From a virus (Duplodnaviria; Caudoviricetes), in the IMG/VR virus record IMGVR_UViG_3300042905_005059, positions 1-64,000 of that record: a stretch of 64,000 bases of DNA. One strand, given 5' to 3'. Under the pieces are notes generated by a model. That model ran no database searches. It was not told the DNA's origin and worked only from the letters and a program-made list of their open reading frames with translations. Positions 47,428 through 56,164 of the stretch are shown piece by piece (within the stretch, counting starts at the first letter, position 1; each line of letters starts with the position of its first letter). Both the position numbers and the translations under genes were made by a program.

Positions 47428-48341
47428 TCTATGATTTTATTTTTATCTTTAAGATGTAGATCTCCAAAATCTTTGCCTCCAGTAGGAAGGGCAATTCTAA
47501 CTTGAGAACTATCAAAGTAATTTATTAAAGTTTGTCTTGCTGTCTCTGCGGCTCTATTTCCTGCGCCAGTAAAAAGCCCATCGTTATTAAAAGCTACAAT
47601 TATTTTCTTAGGATTTAAAGATATCAGAGAATATATTATGGCGCTACTTATATTTAGTCCAAAAGAAACCAATACATTCTTAATACCATTTTCTCTCAAC
47701 GCAAGCATGTCTCCTATACTTTCGACTAATATGATGCCATTGCTAGACTTGAGTTCTTTAAGGTTGACTTTGGCTGGATAGACCCATTCTTTTTTGTCCC
47801 CAAGGAGCTTCCATTTCGGCCTGCCCTCCATCAAAGTTTTAGAAATGTCTCTGCCAGCAAAGCCTATTACTTCATCTTTATTGTTAAAGATTGGGAAAAC
47901 GTACCTATTGAACATTTTTCCGCCAGTAGCCACTCCTCCTTGAAAGGGCTCCAAAATAGAATCAGATATACCTCTGTTAGTCCAATAAGAAGAGTCTCTT
48001 AACAATTTAATCAATAAAGACTTATCAAATGTAGAAGTTTGTTTTATTGTTGGCTTTGCCCTGTCTTCTTCTCGATAAGAAGTGTCTATTCCTTTTGCCG
48101 AAATCCAATTCTTGGCTTCATCAATTGATTTTAACTTTAAAGTAAGCCTAACTAGATCTTCTAAAGACCCGCTAATGTTTTCTTTAAAATCTACCCACTG
48201 GCCAGAATTTTTCCAAATTCTTAAAACATGATCATTATCAGAATCTCTATAAAGAGGTCTTGTTCTATACTCTTTGCCATGATCGAATAGAACATATCCT
48301 ATGTCTTGAAGAATTACTCTGACAGATTCGCAGTCATTCAT
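47406..48341 (-). CDS. dnaG: DnaG-like TOPRIM primase with Cys-less N-terminal zinc-binding-like domain (311 aa)
   Basis: YVFPIFN...IGFAGR, ILVESIGDMLAL, VAFNND, KDFGD; adjacent to DnaB. Confidence 0.85.
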   Translation of the reverse strand: MNDCESVRVILQDIGYVLFDHGKEYRTRPLYRDSDNDHVLRIWKNSGQWVDFKENISGSLEDLVRLTLKLKSIDEAKNWISAKGIDTSYREEDRAKPTIKQTSTFDKSLLIKLLRDSSYWTNRGISDSILEPFQGGVATGGKMFNRYVFPIFNNKDEVIGFAGRDISKTLMEGRPKWKLLGDKKEWVYPAKVNLKELKSSNGIILVESIGDMLALRENGIKNVLVSFGLNISSAIIYSLISLNPKKIIVAFNNDGLFTGAGNRAAETARQTLINYFDSSQVRIALPTGGKDFGDLHLKDKNKIIEWNNSIK

Positions 48342-48349
48342 AAGAAATG

Positions 48350-49816
48350 TTAAAGCACTTCTCCATCCGAACCTGAGTCATCTAGCTCTGGGCGCAAAGC
48401 TCTTGCATCTACAATATCAGACAAGGTTCCACGCTCTTCTACGTTAAAGTTAGCTATATTAAAACTAATGAAATTAGGCTGATATTTAACTGATCGGCCT
48501 TGTTGAATTCTTACGAGATCGTGATGGCCTTGAGAGTCTCTGCCTTGAAACCGAGTGGCAAGTGGTATCATCTTGTGAGATCCAAAATCCTGCCCATCTT
48601 CAGCGATCTCTTCCACAGTCTTGCGCCTGAAGATAGCGACGTATGAAGCGTACCATTGCAAGCGATCAGATTGAGAGATCGCGCTGCTATCATCCACGCC
48701 ATTCTCTGCGCTTCGATTCAATTGACAAGCAGTAAGAATTGGAACATTTAATTCAAGAGAAAGCTCTTTCAAAGAGTTGACTTTTTCGCCAATCAACTGG
48801 TACTCTTGCTTATTCTTATCTGATTCTCCGGTTAATTTGATGTAGTCATAAATAATAACGCATTGGTTTCCACGGCCAACCTTTGAAAAATACCAGCGCT
48901 TTACAATAGACACAATCTCTCCTATTGGTTTCCCAGCTACCTGAAGATGATCTACTTGATTGCTAACGCTTTTTATTGTGGCTTTACTATCTTGAAATTT
49001 AGCGTAAAGCTGAGCATTCTTTTTCCAATTGCCAGTTTCAAGATGCCATACTGGAATTCCTGTAAGAGATGAAGCTATTCTGAACTTCATATCTATTGTT
49101 GCCATTTCAGTATCAAGGACAAGAGCTTTGCAGCCTTTGTTTATACTTGTTACTTTTATAGCAAGATCATTAAGAATAGTAGACTTACCATGCTTTGGTC
49201 GACTTACCCAAGCATAAAGATTGCCGGGGCGAATGCCGCCATATAAGCGATTGAAGTTTTCGTATGGGGTCTGTAGACCATTTTCAGAAATAGGATTATT
49301 TCCGCGCTCTTCAATGATTTCAATAATATTAGAAGTTACGTCTTCTGGCTTATTGCTTTCATTTGTGTAGACGCAGATTTTACTATTGTAAATTTTATCT
49401 GCTTCTGTTATGATTTCTTCTATAGGCTTGTCGGCGCAATTATGAGCAAAAGCTTTAATTTCTTGCCCAGTTGTTTCGATTTCTCTGCGGATTCTATATT
49501 TCACTAATTCCTTAGCAGCTTCGACTAGGCCCTGCTTAGTGGTTGGGATAAGGCATACACTATTAACATAATTAAAGATGTCAATAGATTGATCTTTGAA
49601 AGTAATGCCAAGATTTTGAGCTTTTTGAGCGATTAAAATCTTATCTATCTGCTCGCCTTTGCTGAACGTTTCTCTAAAGACGCAAAAAATAGTATAATGG
49701 ACTTCGTTGATAAAGTCTTTCTCGTTAATGAAAGATTCTATGTCTGAAAAAGACTCTGGATGTTTGATCAGTCCAGATATGGCGTATTTTTCGATTTGAA
49801 GCGAGTAAATTGACAT
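48350..49816 (-). CDS. dnaB: Replicative DNA helicase, DnaB family (488 aa)
   Basis: Walker A SRPKHGKS, DTEM, IIYDYIKL, VPILTACQLNR; DnaB N-terminal domain pattern. Confidence 0.93.
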   Translation of the reverse strand: MSIYSLQIEKYAISGLIKHPESFSDIESFINEKDFINEVHYTIFCVFRETFSKGEQIDKILIAQKAQNLGITFKDQSIDIFNYVNSVCLIPTTKQGLVEAAKELVKYRIRREIETTGQEIKAFAHNCADKPIEEIITEADKIYNSKICVYTNESNKPEDVTSNIIEIIEERGNNPISENGLQTPYENFNRLYGGIRPGNLYAWVSRPKHGKSTILNDLAIKVTSINKGCKALVLDTEMATIDMKFRIASSLTGIPVWHLETGNWKKNAQLYAKFQDSKATIKSVSNQVDHLQVAGKPIGEIVSIVKRWYFSKVGRGNQCVIIYDYIKLTGESDKNKQEYQLIGEKVNSLKELSLELNVPILTACQLNRSAENGVDDSSAISQSDRLQWYASYVAIFRRKTVEEIAEDGQDFGSHKMIPLATRFQGRDSQGHHDLVRIQQGRSVKYQPNFISFNIANFNVEERGTLSDIVDARALRPELDDSGSDGEVL

Positions 49817-50232
49817 TAAAGATTTATATTGAATTTGTCTTTGAAAAACTGCTCCGTCAGGTCTTTGACTTCATTCTCGTAAATTTCCACTAACTGAAAT
49901 TTATTCAAAGAAAGCCAATTTTCTTTTGCTACATCTCTCTTGATAGACTTTAAATAGTTAAGTCTAGAGTCTGCATGGAAAAACTTATTAAAAGCTGAAT
50001 GCTGCCTGCCGTGAACCTCTACGGCTATTTTAAGCGTTGCATTAATTATGTCTACTTTTAATCTAGACCCAAAGACAGGAAACTCTTCGTAAACTATATG
50101 ATTCTTCCAGTATTTTTTAAGAAACTGCTTGGTATTAAATTGTACTTTAGAGCGAGAAGAAGCATCCCAATCAATTAAATATTGGGACACATTTTTACTT
50201 ACCGCTTTTCCGTACACATTTAAAAGTTTCAT
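49816..50232 (-). CDS. PD-(D/E)XK endonuclease, Vsr/DUF559-like (138 aa)
   Basis: YEEFPV...LKVDIIN...IAVEVHGRQH...RDVAKENWL. Confidence 0.75.
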   Translation of the reverse strand: MKLLNVYGKAVSKNVSQYLIDWDASSRSKVQFNTKQFLKKYWKNHIVYEEFPVFGSRLKVDIINATLKIAVEVHGRQHSAFNKFFHADSRLNYLKSIKRDVAKENWLSLNKFQLVEIYENEVKDLTEQFFKDKFNINL

Positions 50233-51341
50233 TTCTTAAGAGCGCTAATGAATTTATTAAAAAGATACTTAGTTATATCTTCATGTTCTTCGAGGAAGTT
50301 CTTTAGATTTGCTTCGCCTTGATGTTGCTTTGGCATTTCTAAAGAATTATCGGCAAGCTCTTTAATAAGCTCATCAGTAATTGTAATCCAAGCTCCCTTC
50401 GCATGGGCGAACTCCCAAGCCAAAAGCTGGTCTACGATCTCGTATTCCACCCAAACGCTTGACCCATTAGAGCGACCATACTTAATGGGGTATCGAACTT
50501 CTCTGCCAGACTTTTCGTTTGGAGTTTTCTTGAAAACGATCTTGCACCAATGACCAACTGGATTGCCTTCGCCCTTAGCGTTGGCATAAATGAAATCTTT
50601 ATTCCAGCGCTGCTGGAACTCTAGAATCCAATCAGAATAGTGCAAAGCAGCATTTCCGCCGCTTGCGTTGGTAACCTTCGGGTCTCCCTTCTCATATGGG
50701 TTTATCTTGATGGAAGATCTAACCTGAGAGATCAAGAAACAGATATGTCCTCTAGAAGAGAAAGCTGTAGCCATTTTGCGCAAAAGATCAGAAGTAAGTA
50801 GAGCGGCACCAGCAGTTTTGTTGGCTTCTGTAGCAGACTTTGCCAAGTCGTTTCTGGGAACGAGAGCATCAAGACTGTCTATGATAAAGAAATAAATATT
50901 GCCTTCGTCATTATCTTTGATTAGCTCACGCATTGTATCCGTTACAAATTCATAATCATTGGTAGGGATAACTCGCCACTTTGCTGGATCAATATTAACT
51001 CCTGATCTAGACACCATGTTTTCGCTGAGTCGGCCTTCTGATTTGATGTAAATAATGCAGCCTTTTTCAGGATGCATCAATTGAAAATTACGAGCAAATG
51101 CCAGTGCATTGCTGGTTTTGCCGCCTTCAGTAATTCCGGATGATCGGATAATGCCCGGATGAATTCCACCGCCCATCTCAATATCCAAGGTCAGACTTCC
51201 GCTGCTAATGACATAATCAATATTATTGTCAAATGCATAATGGTGATCCTTGTTTCTGTTGAGAATATTATCTAGGACTTTGAGCTTTCCTGATGCTGTT
51301 TGCTCTGCTTGTTCTTGAGCTTCTTTTTTTTGCCTTGCCAT
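50229..51341 (-). CDS. recA: RecA/UvsX-like recombinase (370 aa)
   Basis: ISSGSLTLDIEMGGGI, Walker A GITEGGKTS, IIDSLDAL, FLISQVR, GGNAALHYSD. Confidence 0.92.
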   Translation of the reverse strand: MARQKKEAQEQAEQTASGKLKVLDNILNRNKDHHYAFDNNIDYVISSGSLTLDIEMGGGIHPGIIRSSGITEGGKTSNALAFARNFQLMHPEKGCIIYIKSEGRLSENMVSRSGVNIDPAKWRVIPTNDYEFVTDTMRELIKDNDEGNIYFFIIDSLDALVPRNDLAKSATEANKTAGAALLTSDLLRKMATAFSSRGHICFLISQVRSSIKINPYEKGDPKVTNASGGNAALHYSDWILEFQQRWNKDFIYANAKGEGNPVGHWCKIVFKKTPNEKSGREVRYPIKYGRSNGSSVWVEYEIVDQLLAWEFAHAKGAWITITDELIKELADNSLEMPKQHQGEANLKNFLEEHEDITKYLFNKFISALKK

Positions 51342-51345
51342 ATTA

Positions 51346-51702
51346 TTATTTGTTGAAAATATTTAAGAATTCTTTGAGCGATGTCGGCTTCTTGTTTACC
51401 TCTACAGTTGGGGCTATAGAGGTTTCTTCTAATTTAATTTCTTGCTTATCTGGGAATAGATTCTGATAAGCTTTCGCTTCTACAAGGAATCTTTTGCCTT
51501 TGTCAGTCAAGAACCAGCACATAGAAGGGATCTTGACTCTTCCTTTTAAAGAAAATAAAAAATCAAACCCATGTTCTTTAATTATGGTATTTGATATTTT
51601 AACTTCTTTAGCCCATAGACATGTTTTGGGCTCGAAAAGAAAGGCGTGAACTAGTTGCTGGCCTTCAGACAACTTTCTTTCGCCATTCTTTTTCGCAGTC
51701 AT
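51346..51702 (-). CDS. Hypothetical protein (118 aa)
   Basis: Fills the gap; has its own promoter 6 nt upstream of the ATG. Confidence 0.75.
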   Translation of the reverse strand: MTAKKNGERKLSEGQQLVHAFLFEPKTCLWAKEVKISNTIIKEHGFDFLFSLKGRVKIPSMCWFLTDKGKRFLVEAKAYQNLFPDKQEIKLEETSIAPTVEVNKKPTSLKEFLNIFNK

Positions 51703-51708
51703 GGGCTC

Positions 51709-51737
51709 ATTATGAGGCTCTTCTCAACGCTTGTCAA
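51709..51737 (-). promoter_or_regulatory. sigma70-type promoter, leaderless configuration
   Basis: Minus strand TTGACA-17 nt-CATAAT-6 nt-ATG (51702). Confidence 0.75.
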
Positions 51738-52788
51738 GAAGGTAAATGTCATGCTTTACCATTTTATCTACCAGATTTAAGAAGTTGATCTTTGGATTCC
51801 AGCCCAGCTCTTTTCTTGCTGGCGTAGAATCTCCAACAAGAATATCTACTTCTGCTGGTCTATAGAATTTAGAGTTAATAGAAATAAGCGTGGAAGACAG
51901 AGGTTCTCTCTTTAATGCGTATTCAGTGGTAATAGAATACTCTTCGTTCAAATTCGAGCCGTGCCAATTACCATCAATGTTAGCAATCTTAAATGCAACT
52001 TCAATAAATTCTCTTATAGAATGAGTTTCGTTGCTTGATAAAACATAATCTTTCGGCTTATCTTGGTTTAACATTCTCCAGACTCCATCGACAAAATCTT
52101 CAGAATCTGACCAGTCTCTTTTGGCGTCTAGATTGCCAAGCTCAATTGGAGCAAATGGCTGATTATCTAAAATAGCTTTATAAATTCTTGCTACTCCTTT
52201 TGTGATTTTTCTGGTTACAAACTCTTCTCCGCGCTTAGTACCTTCGTGATTAAAAAGAATACCATGAACAGCATAGAGATTGTAAGATTCTCTATAAACC
52301 TTAACGGCATGCCTTGCTGCTGCCTTAGATGCGCCATATGGACTTCTTGGCCTAATTGGATGATAGATGTCTTGAGGACAGTAAGCTACGTCGCCAAACT
52401 CTTCGCTTGATCCAGCAGAGTAAAATTTACAATCCGGTTTAAATCTACGAATAGCCTCAAGGCATCGAACAACTCCAGTAGCATTGGTGTCAAAAGTTTG
52501 CAATGGAATTTCCCAGCTACATCCAACAAAACTTTGTGCTGCAAAATTAATAAAATAATCAGGTTGGATTTCTTTAACTGCATTATCTACGCTAACGCTG
52601 TCAGACAGGTCTCCATAAATGATCTTGAACCTAGCATCGCCTAAAAAAGCAGAGCAGTTTATAAAGTTAGGATTTGAGCTGCGCCTAATCATTCCAAATA
52701 TTTGGTAATTAGTGTTCTTAAGTAGATATTCTACCATGTTTGCGCCATCTTGCCCTAGAATGCCTGTTACTAGTATTTTCTTATTCAT
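51724..52788 (-). CDS. gmd: GDP-mannose 4,6-dehydratase (354 aa)
   Basis: TGILGQDG, LAAQS-like FAAQSFV, SSEEFG, PRSPYGASK, LFNHEG..RGEEFVTRKIT, LGNLDAKRDW, RPAEVDILVGD. Confidence 0.95.
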   Translation of the reverse strand: MNKKILVTGILGQDGANMVEYLLKNTNYQIFGMIRRSSNPNFINCSAFLGDARFKIIYGDLSDSVSVDNAVKEIQPDYFINFAAQSFVGCSWEIPLQTFDTNATGVVRCLEAIRRFKPDCKFYSAGSSEEFGDVAYCPQDIYHPIRPRSPYGASKAAARHAVKVYRESYNLYAVHGILFNHEGTKRGEEFVTRKITKGVARIYKAILDNQPFAPIELGNLDAKRDWSDSEDFVDGVWRMLNQDKPKDYVLSSNETHSIREFIEVAFKIANIDGNWHGSNLNEEYSITTEYALKREPLSSTLISINSKFYRPAEVDILVGDSTPARKELGWNPKINFLNLVDKMVKHDIYLLDKR

Positions 52789-52789
52789 A

Positions 52790-53149
52790 TTAATATCCTA
52801 TTTTAACTTCTTTTACTTCGTTATTAAAAAATTTATTTTGAAGAGCTACCTTCTTTTGGTATCTGTTATAATTAGAATCATCTACTAATTTTGCCAAACC
52901 ATTATCTTTCTTGACCTGATCTACTAAATCGAATGTATTTTCGTTAGCGTCTCTAAGGTTTTGATATTCTTCGCTTGCTACAATTTGTTCATATAGATCA
53001 AAGCCGATTTGGCTTATGATCTCTTTTGACAAATTTTGATAGTTTGATACAAGCTTTTCTTTGTCTTGTTTGGAAGATTTAATTATTTTAACTTGAGTAA
53101 TACTCAATATGTCGAAAGCAAAACCTTCGTCTAGTGAAATTTTAAGCAT
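52790..53149 (-). CDS. Small helical protein, DUF6165-like (119 aa)
   Basis: ISLDEGFAFDILSITQVK...LRDANENTFD...NYNRYQKK resembles the S.GEL.DK.TIL.IK...N..LW..ED...N..R...K pattern often found beside glycan genes. Confidence 0.45.
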   Translation of the reverse strand: MLKISLDEGFAFDILSITQVKIIKSSKQDKEKLVSNYQNLSKEIISQIGFDLYEQIVASEEYQNLRDANENTFDLVDQVKKDNGLAKLVDDSNYNRYQKKVALQNKFFNNEVKEVKIGY

Positions 53150-54308
53150 ATTTATTTATGGTTGTTATTAAAGAGTCTATTTGATTTTTAGTTACCTTTG
53201 GATGCAGGCCAACATAAAAGCCGTTGTTGTGCAAAAATTCGCTATTTGGAAAGTTTTTATAATCTCCGAATTGCTTATAACAAGTTTGGCGCAGAAGATT
53301 GCCTGATATAATTGGTCTAGTTTCTATTAAATTTCTTTCGCATTCTTTAATAATAGCGGTCAAATCAATTGCATTTTTAAATACAATTGGAATGCAAAAC
53401 GCTACATGGTCTCTATCTGGGAACTCTTCTGGCAACAAAAGCTTTTCATTTGGAAGACATTCCTTAAAGTAATTAAATAATTCAGTTCTTGAGGCTATGT
53501 ATTCACTAGCTCTTTTAAGATCAATTCTTCCAATTAGAGCATGTATATCTGAGTTTCTATAATTATTTCCGAGCAAGAAAAAGTCGAACCTCTCGTTTAC
53601 GTCTTTGTTCAAGAACTTAGACTTTTGATCGTTTGGCAAAGCTCTGACTAAACCGTGGTTTCTCGCTAATAGAAAATAATTATACTCATCATCATCATTG
53701 GTGAAAATAAATCCGCCTTCCACACTTTGGAGTTGATGGCCGAAGTATGTACTTGTGGTAGAGGTAAAGAAAGAGGAGATGTTCTTGCCAGCAAACGAGC
53801 CAAAAGTATTCTCGCAGTTATCCATCAAGACTCTAACTTTATATTTTTTAGATATTTTTTCAAGCCTTTCAACATCTGGAACAAAGCCCAAAAGAGAAGT
53901 TATAAAAATTGCTTCTATAGATTTATCTTTAGATACGACATCTTCTACAACGTCGAGATCCATAGAAAAATCACTTAAATTAATATCCACAAAAACTGGC
54001 TCAAAGCCTTCTCTTACAAAAGGAGAAACTGAAGTAGTCCAAGTTGTTGATGGGAAAATGATCTTTCTGATTTTATTAGTGGAGTTCTTGAGAGAGTCTT
54101 TCAAGTAACAGGCTAAAATAGTATTAGCTGTCGAGCCGCTGGATACAAAAACAGCATGCTTAGCCCCTACAAAATTGGCCATTTCTGATTCAAAATTCTT
54201 TACATGCTTATCCATTGTCCACCTATTGGACGGAAGCAAGAAAAAAAGAGCCAACTTTATTCTATCTAACCAAGTAAACTGAGAGTCATTCAAGTTCCAT
54301 TTTTGCAT
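53142..54308 (-). CDS. colD: ColD-like PLP-dependent GDP-4-keto-6-deoxymannose 3-dehydratase (DegT/DnrJ fold, His in place of Lys; 388 aa)
   Basis: AVFVSSGSTAN, MDNCEN, STYFGHQLQSVEGG (His six residues before EGG where aminotransferases have Lys), RNHG, RPIISGN; next-but-one to gmd. Confidence 0.7.
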   Translation of the reverse strand: MQKWNLNDSQFTWLDRIKLALFFLLPSNRWTMDKHVKNFESEMANFVGAKHAVFVSSGSTANTILACYLKDSLKNSTNKIRKIIFPSTTWTTSVSPFVREGFEPVFVDINLSDFSMDLDVVEDVVSKDKSIEAIFITSLLGFVPDVERLEKISKKYKVRVLMDNCENTFGSFAGKNISSFFTSTTSTYFGHQLQSVEGGFIFTNDDDEYNYFLLARNHGLVRALPNDQKSKFLNKDVNERFDFFLLGNNYRNSDIHALIGRIDLKRASEYIASRTELFNYFKECLPNEKLLLPEEFPDRDHVAFCIPIVFKNAIDLTAIIKECERNLIETRPIISGNLLRQTCYKQFGDYKNFPNSEFLHNNGFYVGLHPKVTKNQIDSLITTINKYA

Positions 54309-55323
54309 ATGTTTCTATTTCTTCCTTTATTTTATTAATTGTATTGTCCCAAGTAAAATTTTTAAGCACGCTTTCTTTGTGTTTTTTTGCTATATCTTTA
54401 TATAGAGAATAATTAATAAAAGAATGATGCAAAGATTCTAAAATATTTTGCCTGATAACTCTTTCGCCATATATCTGACCAGAAAATAAATTGAGAAAAT
54501 GTTCTGGAAAGACATTTATTCCTTTGCTTTGCCACTCTTTGATAGCGTAAGAATCTACGACTTTCATTTCAGTTTTTATTTTTATTGGCTGACTCCATTC
54601 AGGTATGAATTCTTTTAGAGCAGAACCAAGCGTGACTATGGCTGGAGTTCCACACAGAACAGAGTCCATGGGGTTCATGCCAAAAGAAGTAGTATGGTTT
54701 GTGTATAAAAATAAATGGCTTTTATTATAAAGAGTTCTTATAGAGCATTCAGTCAGAGGTTTATTTATATATATGATTTTTTCACATTTTAACGACTCTA
54801 CGTATTTAGCAAAAGCTTCATTTTTGCCATCTTTTATTATTAGTTGGGTATCTATATTTTTACTAAACTCAATAAATGCTGGAATAAGTTCTTCTAGACC
54901 GCTTCTTTCGTTGCTAGAATTAACAGTTAAATATGTAAATTTAGAAAACTTTTCTTCTCCAGTCTCAAACCATATATCTTTATCAGAGCCTAAATGAACG
55001 CTTGAAACTTTTTCATATCCAGAGTTTATTATATTATTTTTGGCAAAATCGCTAATAGCCAAGACTAGCGGATTATATTTTTTGAGTTTTTGAATAACTA
55101 TATTAGGCGTTAAAGAATATTCGCAAGCCAGCAGAGGAATTTGCCTTGCCCACCTTTGTTCAGTGTCGAATACTTCTGGATAAACAACAAAAGTTTTGGG
55201 GTCGTTGATATCGCCTAAAAGGTTATACTTGGAAAAAAATTTGTTTAGCTGTCTGGCGACAATAGTAAATGATCCAAATTCATTTCCATTATAAAGTTTG
55301 TCGTTATAGGCGAATAATTTCAT
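54286..55323 (-). CDS. GT4-like glycosyltransferase (345 aa)
   Basis: VHLGSDKDIW, FTYLTVNSSNERSG, LYNKSHLFLY...SFGMNPMDSVLCGTPAIVT, FTWDN. Confidence 0.75.
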   Translation of the reverse strand: MKLFAYNDKLYNGNEFGSFTIVARQLNKFFSKYNLLGDINDPKTFVVYPEVFDTEQRWARQIPLLACEYSLTPNIVIQKLKKYNPLVLAISDFAKNNIINSGYEKVSSVHLGSDKDIWFETGEEKFSKFTYLTVNSSNERSGLEELIPAFIEFSKNIDTQLIIKDGKNEAFAKYVESLKCEKIIYINKPLTECSIRTLYNKSHLFLYTNHTTSFGMNPMDSVLCGTPAIVTLGSALKEFIPEWSQPIKIKTEMKVVDSYAIKEWQSKGINVFPEHFLNLFSGQIYGERVIRQNILESLHHSFINYSLYKDIAKKHKESVLKNFTWDNTINKIKEEIETYAKMELE

Positions 55324-56164
55324 CTGTTTTGCAAAGTAGTTCTTCTATTTTATGATTGGAGGAGAACGAATCAGAAAGTATATTTTGAGTTAAATTTCCT
55401 TCTGGAGCAAGAGCGGTCTTATTAGAGTGATGATTTGGCAACCAAACACTTAAAAGATTTATTTGCGGAACCATTGAGTAAGCTCCAGTAACCCACATAG
55501 AGCCAGAGTCTGTTCCTATTATTATCTTGCATCCAAGAGATTTAAAAATTTGATCGCAGAAATTTAAATTTGTCATCTTGTGATAGTTTGGGCTGTCAAT
55601 TATTGTTGGCTCATTAGTAAAGCCGAAATGCAAAACCTTGTGATTTTTAGAAAGTACTTTTAGGACTCTAACCCACCAGTCTAAAGAAGGACTTCTTCGT
55701 GAGTTAGAAGATCCATATCCAGCAAATGGCCAAATAGCTATTGCATTTTGATCTTTAATTTTTTCTGTTTGTGGGTATAATTTTGGAATTTTATCATTAG
55801 CGGCTAAAGAAATATATTTATTATAAAGATCTTCTGATGCCATTAGCATAGTTTCCTCACAGCAGCTTCTGTAATTATACCAGTCTTGCTCTCGCGGGTG
55901 ATGGGGAAAACAGTTAAATTTTAAATTAAAATTGTCCAAAGAAAGGTTTTTAGAGTCTTGGTCGTCAAAACTTTCTGTAGCATTTGTTATGTATACATTA
56001 TCTATAAGAGGATGATTTCTGAATAGGTCTGCTGCTTGAGAGCATTTTCTAGCAATAGGAAATGTTATCTTGCAATTTGGGTGCGAGTTCTTTAATATTG
56101 TGAGACCCGGCAAAGACATTACAATATCACCAATTAATGAACCTCTAGAAAACAATATATTCAT
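55304..56164 (-). CDS. GT9 (heptosyltransferase-like) glycosyltransferase (286 aa)
   Basis: LIGDIVMSLP.L..LKNSHPNCKIT, HPLIDNV, IGTDSGSMW. Confidence 0.8.
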   Translation of the reverse strand: MNILFSRGSLIGDIVMSLPGLTILKNSHPNCKITFPIARKCSQAADLFRNHPLIDNVYITNATESFDDQDSKNLSLDNFNLKFNCFPHHPREQDWYNYRSCCEETMLMASEDLYNKYISLAANDKIPKLYPQTEKIKDQNAIAIWPFAGYGSSNSRRSPSLDWWVRVLKVLSKNHKVLHFGFTNEPTIIDSPNYHKMTNLNFCDQIFKSLGCKIIIGTDSGSMWVTGAYSMVPQINLLSVWLPNHHSNKTALAPEGNLTQNILSDSFSSNHKIEELLCKTDEIIRL

